From: Utricularia gibba
Taxonomy: Eukaryota; Plantae; Magnoliophyta
Direction: 5' to 3'
DNA: 64,000 bases
Assembly (NCBI GenBank): GCA_002189035.1
Contig: NEEC01000072.1
Location: 1 to 64,000 of the forward strand
Shown: one piece after another, positions 1-10,400 of the stretch
Layout of the letters: each line of letters begins with the position of its first letter
Position numbering within the stretch: position 1 is the first letter of the stretch
Translations under genes and position numbers: made by a program
The notes under the pieces: model-generated
Told to the model about the DNA's origin: nothing
The model's database searches: none
The model's input: only the letters and a program-made list of their open reading frames with translations

Positions 1-218
1 CGAATCTCGGGCCGGACAAAGCTCCAACGACAGCACCCGCCTTTAAATGGCAAGCTGTTGCTTGAAAAACCATGTGGGCAGCCGCCGACAACCCAACGTT
101 AATAAATGCATCACTTTTTTGGCCAGGCTACAAATGACTATGGGCCAGAGCGCGACTCGACCATTTGCTCGATACTGGTGCCCGCCTAGAGCGCCTCCTC
201 AAATATAAATCAGGTTGT

Positions 219-530
219 TGAGAAAACCATTTGGGGTGCTCATGACATCCTAACTTCAGCAAATGCATCACGATTTTCATCGAGTAGCACCCGATTGGGC
301 TCAGGAGCCAGACCGAACCTTGGGCCCTAACAAAGCTGCCAACGACAGCACTCGCCTTAAAACGGCAAGCTATTGCTTGAAAAACCATTTAGGCAGCCGC
401 CGAAAACCATCGTTGATAAATGCATCACTTATTTTCCGGGCTACAACTGACTATTGGCCTGAGCCCGACCCGACTCTGGCCCAATCCCGAAACCCTCCGA
501 GAGCGCCTTCTCAAATATATAGCAGAGTGT
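219..530 (+). repeat. Internal dimer structure: each 312-bp unit is two diverged ~156-bp halves (A and B)
   Basis: TTGAGAAAACCATTTGGG (A half) aligns with TTGAAAAACCATTTAGG (B half). AAATGCAT(C/T)AC occurs at 261, 418 and 573 (spacings 157 and 155). GAGCCAGACCGAACC (A) matches GAGCCCGACCCGACC (B). Confidence 0.93.
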
Positions 531-552
531 TGAGAAAACCCATTGGGGTTCT
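241..552 (+). repeat. Representative unit type P
   Basis: Diagnostic sequences are GGTGCTCATGAC, TAACTTCAGCAAATGCATCACGATTTTCATCGAGTAGCAC, GGCTCAGGAGCC, GAACCTTGGGCCCTAAC and GCACTCGCC. Confidence 0.9.
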
Positions 553-863
553 CATGACATCCTAACTAAAGCAAATGCATTACGATTTCGTCGAGTACGA
601 CCCGATTGGGCTTAGTAGCCAGACCGAATCTCGGGCCCTGACAAAGCTCCCAACTACAGCACCCACCTTAAAACGGCAAGCTGTTGCTTGAAAAACCATT
701 TAGGCAGCCGCCGAAAACCCATCGTTGATAAATGCATCACTTATTTTCCGGGCTACAACTGACTATTGGCCTGAGCCCGACCCGACCTCTGGCCCAATCC
801 CGAAACCCTCCGAGGGCGCCTTCTCAAATATATAGCAGAGTGTTGAAAACCCATTGGGGTTCT
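553..863 (+). repeat. Representative unit type Q (variant Q' has TAAAGCGAATGCATACG, e.g. at 1488)
   Basis: Diagnostic sequences are TAACTAAAGCAAATGCATTACGATTTCGTCGAGTACGAC, GGGCCCTGACAAAG and CAACTACAGCACCCACC. Confidence 0.9.
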
Positions 864-1175
864 CATGACATCCTAACTACATCAAATGCGTTACGATTTT
901 CGTCGAGTGCGACCCGATTGGGCTTAGTAGCCAGACCGAATCTCGGGCCGGACAAAGCTCCCAACGACAGCACCCGCCTTTAAATGGCAAGCTGTTGCTT
1001 GAAAAACCATGTGGGCAGCCGCCGACAACCCAACGTTAATAAATGCATCACTTCTTTTGCCGGGCTACAGCTGACTATGGGCTCAAGCCCGACCCGAATC
1101 CGGCCCGATCTCGGTGACCACAAAAGCGCCTTGTCAAGTGTAAAGCATGCTGTTGAAAAAACCATTTGGGGTGGT
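864..1175 (+). repeat. Representative unit type R
   Basis: Diagnostic sequences are TAACTACA(T/G/A)CAAATGC, GAGTGCGAC, GGGCCGGACAAAG, CCTTTAAATGGC and CCATGTGGGC. It ends in either the S-leading B half (GGTGACCCACAAAAGCGCCTTGTCAAG) or the P-leading B half (GGCCAGGCTACAAATG). Confidence 0.9.
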
Positions 1176-1487
1176 CATGAGATCCTAACTTCAATAAAGG
1201 TATCACGATTTTCGTCGAATGGGAACAGATTGTGCTGTGAAGTCAGACCAAACCTTGGGTCCTCACAAAGTTCCCAACAACAGCACCCGCAAAAAACGAC
1301 AACTTTTCCTTCAAAAAGCATGTAGGCAGCCACCGAAAACCCAACGTTAATAAATGCATCACTTCTTTGGCCGGGCTACAAATGACTATGGGCCAGAGCG
1401 CGACTCGACCATTTGCTCGATACTGGACCCGCCTAGAGCGCCTCCTCAAATATAAATCAGGTTGTTGAGAAAACCATTTGGGGTTCT
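1176..1487 (+). repeat. Representative unit type S, the most divergent (variant S' has AGGTGTCAC, GGGATCGG, TCCGGACGAAG)
   Basis: Diagnostic sequences are GGTGGTCATGAGATCC, TTCAATAAAGGTATCAC, GAATGGGAACAGATTGTGCTGTGAAGTC and CTTCAAAAAGCATGTAGG. Confidence 0.9.
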
Positions 1488-4400
1488 CATGACATCCTAA
1501 CTAAAGCGAATGCATACGATTTCGTCGAGTACGACCCGATTGGGCTTAGTAGCCAGACCGAATCTCGGGCCCTGACAAAGCTCCCAACTACAGCACCCAC
1601 CTTAAAACGGCAAGCTGTTGCTTGAAAAACCATTTAGGCAGCCGCTGAATACCCAACGTTGATAAATGCATCACTTATTTTCCGGGCCACAACTGACTAT
1701 GGGCCTGAGCCCGACCCGACCTCTGGCCCAATCCTGAAACCCCCAAGAGCGCCTTCTCAAATATATAGCAGAGTGTTGAGAAAACCCATTGGGGTTCTCA
1801 TGACATCCTAACTAAATGCATTACGATTTTCGTCGAGTGCGACCCGATTGGGCTTAGTAGCCAGACCGAATCTCGGGCCGGACAAAGCTCCCAACGACAG
1901 CACCCGCCTTTAAATGGCAAGCTGTTGCTTGAAAAACCATGTGGGCAGCCGCCGACAACCCAACGTTAATAAATGCATCACTTTTTGGCCAGGCTACAAA
2001 TGACTATGGGCCAGAGCGCGACTCGACCATTTGCTCGATACTGGTGCCCGCCTAGAGCGCCTCCTCAAATATAAATCAGGTTGTTGAGAAAACCATTTGG
2101 GGTGCTCATGACATCCTAACTTCAGCAAATGCATCACGATTTTCATCGAGTAGCACCCGATTGGGCTCAGGAGCCAGACCGAACCTTGGGCCCTAACAAA
2201 GCTGCCAACGACAGCACTCGCCTTAAAACGGCAAGCTATTGCTTGAAAAACCATTTAGGCAGCCGCCGAAAACCCATCGTTGATAAATGCATCACTTATT
2301 TTCCGGGCTACAACTGACTATTGGCCTGAGCCCGACCCGACCTCTGGCCCAATCCCGAAACCCTCCGAGAGCGCCTTCTCAAATATATAGCAGAGTGTTG
2401 AGAAAACCCATTGGGGTTCTCATGACATCCTAACTAAAGCAAATGCATTACGATTTCGTCGAGTACGACCCGATTGGGCTTAGTAGCCAGACCGAATCTC
2501 GGGCCCTGACAAAGCTCCAACTACAGCACCCACCTTAAAACGGCAAGCTGTTGCTTGAAAAACCATTTAGGCAGCCGCCGAAAACCCATCGTTGATAAAT
2601 GCATCACTTATTTTCCGGGCTACAACTGACTATTGGCCTGAGCCCGACCCGACCTCTGGCCCAATCCCGAAACCCTCCGAGGCGCCTTCTCAAATATATA
2701 GCAGAGTGTTGAGAAAACCCATTGGGGTTCTCATGACATCCTAACTACATCAAATGCGTTACGATTTTCGTCGAGTGCGACCCGATTGGGCTTAGTAGCC
2801 AGACCGAATCTCGGGCCGGACAAAGCTCCCAACGACAGCACCCGCCTTTAAATGGCAAGCTGTTGCTTGAAAAACCATGTGGGCAGCCGCCGACAACCCA
2901 ACGTTAATAAATGCATCACTTCTTTTGCGGGCTACAGCTGACTATGGGCTCAAGCCCGACCCGAATCCGGCCCGATCTCGGTGACCCACAAAAGCGCCTT
3001 GTCAAGTGTAAAGCATGCTGTTGAAAAAACCATTTGGGGTGGTCATGAGATCCTAACTTCAATAAAGGTATCACGATTTTCGTCGAATGGGGATTGTGCT
3101 GTGAAGTCAGACCAAACCTTGGGTCCTCACAAAGTTCCCAACAACAGCACCCGCAAAAAACGACAACTTTTCCTTCAAAAAGCATGTAGGCAGCCACCGA
3201 AAACCCAACGTTAATAAATGCATCACTTCTTTGGCCGGGCTACAAATGACTATGGGCCAGAGCGCGACTCGACCATTTGCTCGATACTAGTGCCGCCTAG
3301 AGCGCCTCCTCAAATATAAATCAGGTTGTTGAGAAAACCATTTGGGGTGCTCATGACATCCTAACTTCAAAAAATGCATCACGATTTCATCGAGTAGCAC
3401 CCGATTGGGCTAGGAGCCAGACCGAACCTTGGGCCCTTACAAAGCTCCAACTACAGCACCCACCTTAAAACGGCAAGCTGTTGCTTGAAAAACCATTTAG
3501 GCAGCCGCCGAAAACCCACGTTGAAAATGCATCACTTATTTTCCGGGCACAACTGACTATGGGCCTGAGCCCGACCCGACCTCTGGCCCAATCCCGAAAC
3601 CCCCGAGAGCGCCTTCTCAAATATATAGCAGAGTGTTGAGAAAACCCATTGGGGTTCTCATGACATCCTAACTACATCAAATGCGTTACGATTTTCGTCG
3701 AGTGCGACCCGATTGGGCTTAGTAGCCAGACCGAATCTCGGGCCGGACAAAGCTCCCAACGACAGCACCCGCCTTTAAATGGCAAGCTGTTGCTTGAAAA
3801 ACCATGTGGGCAGCCGCCGACAACCCAACGTTAATAAATGCATCACTTCTTTTGCGGGCTACAGCTGACTATGGCTCAAGCCCGACCCGAATCCGGCCCG
3901 ATCTCGGTGACCCACAAAAGCGCCTTGTCAAGTGTAAAGCATGCTGTTGAAAAAACCATTTGGGGTGGTCATGAGATCCTAACTTCAATAAAGGTATCAC
4001 GATTTTCGTCGAATGGGAACGATTGTGCTGTGAAGTCAGACCAAACCTTGGGTCCTCACAAAGTTCCCAACAACAGCACCGCCAAAAAACGACAACTTTC
4101 CTTCAAAAAGCATGTAGGCAGCCACCGAAAACCCAACGTTAATAAATGCATCACTTTTTGGCCGGGCTACAAATGACTATGGGCCAGAGCGCGACTCGAC
4201 CATTTGCTCGATACTGGAGCCCGCCTAGAGCGCCTCCTCAAATATAAATCAGGTTGTTGAGAAAACCATTTGGGGTTCTCATGACATCCTAACTAAAGCG
4301 AATGCATACGATTTCGTCGAGTACGACCCGATTGGGCTTAGTAGCCAGACCGAATCTCGGGCCCTGACAAAGCTCCCAACTACAGCACCCACCTTAAAAC

Positions 4401-7400
4401 GGCAAGCTGTTGCTTGAAAAACCATTTAGGCAGCCGCGAAACCCAACGTTGATAAATGCATCACTTATTTTCCGGGCACAACTGACTATGGGCCTGAGCC
4501 CGACCCGACCTCTGGCCCAATCCTGAAACCCCCCAAGAGCGCCTTCTCAAATATATAGCAGAGTGTTGAGAAAACCATTGGGGTTCTCATGACATCCTAA
4601 CTACAACAAATGCATTACGATTTTCGTCGAGTGCGACCCGATTGGGCTTAGTAGCCAGACCGAATCTCGGGGACAAAGCTCCCAACGACAGCACCCGCCT
4701 TTAAATGGCAAGCTGTTGCTTGAAAAACCATGTGGGCAGCCGCCGACAACCCAACGTTAATAAATGCATCACTTTTTGGCCAGGCTACAAATGACTATGG
4801 GCCAGAGCGCGACTCGACCATTTGCTCGATACTGGTGCCGCCTAGAGCGCCTCCTCAAATATAAATCAGGTTGTTGAGAAAACCATTTGGGGTGCTCATG
4901 ACATCCTAACTTCAGCAAATGCATCACGATTTTCATCGAGTAGCACCCGATTGGGCTCAGGAGCCAGACCGAACCTTGGGCCCTAACAAAGCTGCCAACG
5001 ACAGCACCGCCTTAAAACGGCAAGCTATTGCTTGAAAAACCATTTAGGCAGCCGCCGAAAACCCATCGTTGATAAATGCATCACTTATTTTCCGGGCTAC
5101 AACTGACTATTGGCCTGAGCCCGACCCGACCTCTGGCCCAATCCCGAAACCTCCGAGAGCGCCTTCTCAAATATATAGCAGAGTGTTGAGAAAACCCATT
5201 GGGGTTCTCATGACATCCTAACTAAAGCAAATGCATTACGATTTCGTCGAGCGACCCGATTGGGCTTAGTAGCCAGACCGAATCTCGGGCCCTGACAAAG
5301 CTCCCAACTACAGCACCCACCTTAAAACGGCAAGCTGTTGCTTGAAAAACCATTTAGGCAGCCGCCGAAAACCCATCGTTGATAAATGCATCACTTATTT
5401 TCGGGCTACAACTGACTATTGGCCTGAGCCCGACCCGACCTCTGGCCCAATCCCGAAACCCTCGAGGGCGCCTTCTCAAATATATAGCAGAGTGTTGAGA
5501 AAACCCATTGGGGTTCTCATGACATCCTAACTACATCAAATGCGTTACGATTTTCGTCGAGTGCGACCCGATTGGGCTTAGTAGCCAGACCGAATCTCGG
5601 GCCGGACAAAGCTCCCAACGACAGCACCCGCCTTTAAATGGCAAGCTGTTGCTTGAAAAACCATGTGGGCAGCCGCCGACAACCCAACGTTAATAAATGC
5701 ATCACTTCTTTTGCCGGGCTACAGCTGACTATGGGCTCAAGCCCGACCCGAATCCGGCCCGATCTCGGTGACCCACAAAAGCGCCTTGTCAAGTGTAAAG
5801 CATGCTGTTGAAAAAACCATTTGGGGTGGTCATGAGATCCTAACTTCAATAAAGGTATCACGATTTTCGTCGAATGGGAACAGATTGTGCTGTGAAGTCA
5901 GACCAAACCTTGGGTCCTCACAAAGTTTCCAACAACAGCACCCGCAAAAAAACGACAACTTTTCCTTCAAAAAGCATGTAGGCAGCCACCGAAAACCCAA
6001 CGTTAATAAATGCATCACTTCTTTGGCCGGGCTACAAATGACTATGGGCCAGAGCGCGACTCGACCATTTGCTCGATACTGGAGCCCGCCTAGAGCGCCT
6101 CCTCAAATATAAATCAGGTTGTTGAGAAAACCATTTGGGGTTCTCATGACATCCTAACTAAAGCGAATGCATACGATTTCGTCGAGTACGACCCGATTTG
6201 GGCTTAGTAGCCAGACCGAATCTCGGGCCCTGACAAAGCTCCCAACTACAGCACCCACCTTAAAACGGCAAGCTGTTGCTTGAAAAACCATTTAGGCAGC
6301 CGCTGAAACCCAACGTTGATAAATGCATCACTTATTTTCCGGGCCACAACTGACTATGGGCCTGAGCCCGACCCGACCTCTGGCCCAATCCTGAAACCCC
6401 CCAAGAGCGCCTTCTCAAATATATAGCAGAGTGTTGAGAAAACCCATTGGGGTTCTCATGACATCCTAACTACAACAAATGCATTACGATTTTCGTCGAG
6501 TGCGACCCGATTGGGCTTAGTAGCCAGACCGAATCTCGGGCCGGACAAAGCTCCCACGACAGCACCCGCCTTAAATGGCAAGCTGTTGCTTGAAAAACCA
6601 TGTGGGCAGCCGCCGACAACCAACGTTAATAAATGCATCACTTCTTTTGCCGGGCTAAGCTGACTTGGGCTCAAGCCGACCCGAATCCGCCCGATCTCGG
6701 TGACCCACAAAAGCGCCTTGTCAAGTGTAAAGCATGCTGTTGAAAAAACCATTTGGGTGGTCATGAGATCCTAACTTCAATAAAGGTATCACGATTTTCG
6801 TCGAATGATTGTGCAAGTCAGACCAAACCTTGGGTCCTCACAAAGTTCCCAACAACAGCACCCGCCAAAAACGACAACTTTTCCTTCAAAAAGCATGTAG
6901 GCAGCCACCGAAAACCCAACGTTAATAAATGCATCACTTTTTGGCCGGGCTACAAATGACTATGGGCCAGAGCGCGACTCGACCATTTGCTCGATACTGG
7001 TGCCCGCCTAGAGCGCCTCCTCAAATATAAATCAGGTTGTTGAGAAAACCATTTGGGTGCTCATGACATCCTAACTTCAGCAAATGCATCACGATTTTCA
7101 TCGAGTAGCACCCGATTGGGCTCAGGAGCCAGACCGAACCTTGGGCCCTAACAAAGCTGCCAACGACAGCACTCGCCTTAAAACGGCAAGCTATTGCTTG
7201 AAAAACCATTTAGGCAGCCGCCGAAAACCCATCGTTGATAAATGCATCACTTATTTTCCGGGCTACAACTGACTATTGGCCTGAGCCCGACCCGACCTCT
7301 GGCCCAATCCCGAAACCCTCCGAGAGCGCCTTCTCAAATATATAGCAGAGTGTTGAGAAAACCCATTGGGGTTCTCATGACATCCTAACTAAAGCAAATG

Positions 7401-10400
7401 CATTACGATTTCGTCGAGTACGACCCGATTGGGCTTAGTAGCCAGACCGAATCTCGGGCCCTGACAAAGCTCCCAACTACAGCACCCACCTTAAAACGGC
7501 AAGCTGTTGCTTGAAAAACCATTTAGGCAGCCGCCGAAAACCCATCGTTGATAAATGCATCACTTATTTTCCGGGCTACAACTGACTATTGGCCTGAGCC
7601 CGACCCGACCTCTGGCCCAATCCCGAAACCCTCCGAGGGCGCCTTCTCAAATATATAGCAGAGTGTTGAGAAAACCCATTGGGGTCTCATGACATCCTAA
7701 CTACAGCAAATGCGTTACGATTTTCGTCGAGTGCGACCCGATTGGGCTTAGTAGCCAGACCGAATCTCGGGCCGGACAAAGCTCCCAACGACAGCACCCG
7801 CCTTTAAATGGCAAGCTGTTGCTTGAAAAACCATGTGGGCAGCCGCCGACAACCCAACGTTAATAAATGCATCACTTCTTTTGCCGGGCTACAGCTGACT
7901 ATGGGCTCAAGCCCGACCCGAATCCGGCCCGATCTCGGTGACCCACAAAAGCGCCTTGTCAAGTGTAAAGCATGCTGTTGAAAAAACCATTTGGGGTGGT
8001 CATGAGATCCTAACTTCAATAAAGGTGTCACGATTTTCGTCGAATGGGATCGGATTGTGCTGTGAAGTCAGACCGAACCTTGGGTCCGGACGAAGTTCCC
8101 AACAACAGCACCGCAAAAAAACGACAACTTTTCCTCAAAAAGCATGTAGGCAGCCACCGAAAACCCAACGTTAATAAATGCATCACTTTTTTGGCCGGGC
8201 TACAAATGACTATGGGCCAGAGCGCGACTCGACCATTTGCTCGATACTAGTGCCAGCCTAGAGCGCCTCCTCAAATATAAATCAGGTTGTTGAGAAAACC
8301 ATTTGGGTGCTCATGACATCCTAACTTCAAAAAATGCATCACGATTTTCATCGAGTAGCACCCGATTGGGCTCAGGAGCCAGACCGAACCTTGGGCCCTT
8401 ACAAAGCTGCCAACGACAGCACCCGCCTTAAAATGGCAAGCTATTGCTTGAAAAACCATTCAGGCAGCCGCCGAAAACCCAACGTTGATAAATGCATCAC
8501 TTATTTTCCGGGCTACAACTGACTATGGGCCATAGCCCGACCCGACCTCTGGCCCAATCCCGAAACCCCCCAAGAGCGCCTTCTGAAATATAAAGTAGAG
8601 TGTTGAGAAAACCCATTGGGGTTCTCATGACATCCTAACTAAAGCAAATGCATTACGATTTCGTCGAGTACGACCCGATTGGGCTTAGTAGCCAGACCGA
8701 ATCTCGGGCCCTGACAAAGCTCCCAACTACAGCACCCACCTTAAAACGGCAAGCTGTTGCTTGAAAAACCATTTAGGCAGCCGCCGAAACCCAACGTTGA
8801 TAAATGCATCACTTATTTTCCGGGCCACAACTGACTATGGGCCTGAGCCCGACCCGACCTCTGGCCCAATCCTGAAACCCCAAGAGCGCCTTCTGAAATA
8901 TAAAGTAGAGTGTTGAGAAAACCCATTGGGTTCTCATGACATCCTAACTACAGCAAATGCGTTACGATTTTCGTCGAGTGCGACCCGATTGGCTTAGTAG
9001 CCAGACCGAATCTCGGGCCGGACAAAGCTCCCAACGACAGCACCCGCCTTTAAATGGCAAGCTGTTGCTTGAAAAACCATGTGGGCAGCCGCCGACAACC
9101 CAACGTTAATAAATGCATCACTTTTTTGGCCAGGCTACAAATGACTATGGGCCAGAGCGCGACTCGACCATTTGCTCGATACTGGTGCCCGCCTAGAGCG
9201 CCTCCTCAAATATAAATCAGGTTGTTGAGAAAACCATTTGGGGTGCTCATGACATCCTAACTTCAGCAAATGCATCACGATTTTCATCGAGTAGCACCCG
9301 ATTGGGCTCAGAAGCCAGACCGAACCTTGGGCCCTAACAAAGCTGCCAACGACAGCACTCGCCTTAAAACGGCAAGCTATTGCTTGAAAAACCATTTAGG
9401 CAGCCGCCGAAAACCCATCGTTGATAAATGCATCACTTATTTTCCGGGCTACAACTGACTATTGGCCTGAGCCCGACCCGACCTCTGGCCCAATCCCGAA
9501 ACCCTCGAGAGCGCCTTCTCAAATATATAGCAGTGTTGAGAAAACCCATTGGGGTTCTCATGACATCCTAACTAAAGCAAATGCATTACGATTTCGTCGA
9601 GTACGACCCGATTGGGCTTAGTAGCCAGACCGAATCTCGGGCCCTGACAAAGCTCCCAACTACAGCACCCACCTTAAAACGGCAAGCTGTTGCTTGAAAA
9701 ACCATTTAGGCAGCCGCCGAAAACCCATCGTTGATAAATGCATCACTTATTTTCCGGGCTACAACTGACTATTGGCCTGAGCCCGACCCGACCTCTGGCC
9801 CAATCCCGAAACCCTCCGAGGGCGCCTTCTCAAATATATAGCAGAGTGTTGAGAAAACCCATTGGGGTTCTCATGACATCCTAACTACATCAAATGCGTT
9901 ACGATTTTCGTCGAGTGCGACCCGATTGGGCTTAGTAGCCAGACCGAATCTCGGGCCGGACAAAGCTCCCAACGACAGCACCCGCCTTTAAATGGCAAGC
10001 TGTTGCTTGAAAAACCATGTGGGCAGCCGCCGACAACCCAACGTTAATAAATGCATCACTTCTTTTGCCGGGCTACAGCTGACTATGGGCTCAAGCCGAC
10101 CCGAATCCGGCCCGATCTCGGTGACCCACAAAAGCGCCTTGTCAAGTGTAAAGCATGCTGTTGAAAAAACCATTTGGGGTGGTCATGAGATCCTAACTTC
10201 AATAAAGGTGTCACGATTTTCGTCGAATGGGGGATTGTGCTGTGAAGTCAGACCGAACCTTGGGTCCGGACGAAGTTCCCAACAACAGCACCCGCAAAAA
10301 ACGACAACTTTTCCTCAAAAAGCATGTAGGCAGCCACCGAAAACCCAACGTTAATAAATGCATCACTTTTTTGGCCGGGCTACAATGACTATGGGCCAGA

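Noticed and set aside
200-215. TATAAA and AATAAA motifs in the unit as promoter or polyadenylation signals
   Set aside because: These are short AT-rich words within a repeat, with no associated gene or other supporting elements. Transcription cannot be inferred.
241-552. 10-bp phased A-tracts (intrinsic curvature)
   Set aside because: A/T tracts are present (e.g. near 359, 380, 403, 418, 432), but their spacings of about 21, 23, 15 and 14 bp are not consistently helical. A Fourier analysis would be needed.
1210-1224. CENP-B-box-like TTTCGTCGAATGGGA in S units
   Set aside because: It resembles CTTCGTTGGAAACGGGA but is 2 nt shorter and does not fit the required TTCG-N4-A-N2-CGGG spacing. CCCGCCTAGAGCGCC matches only 7 of 9 core positions on the other strand.
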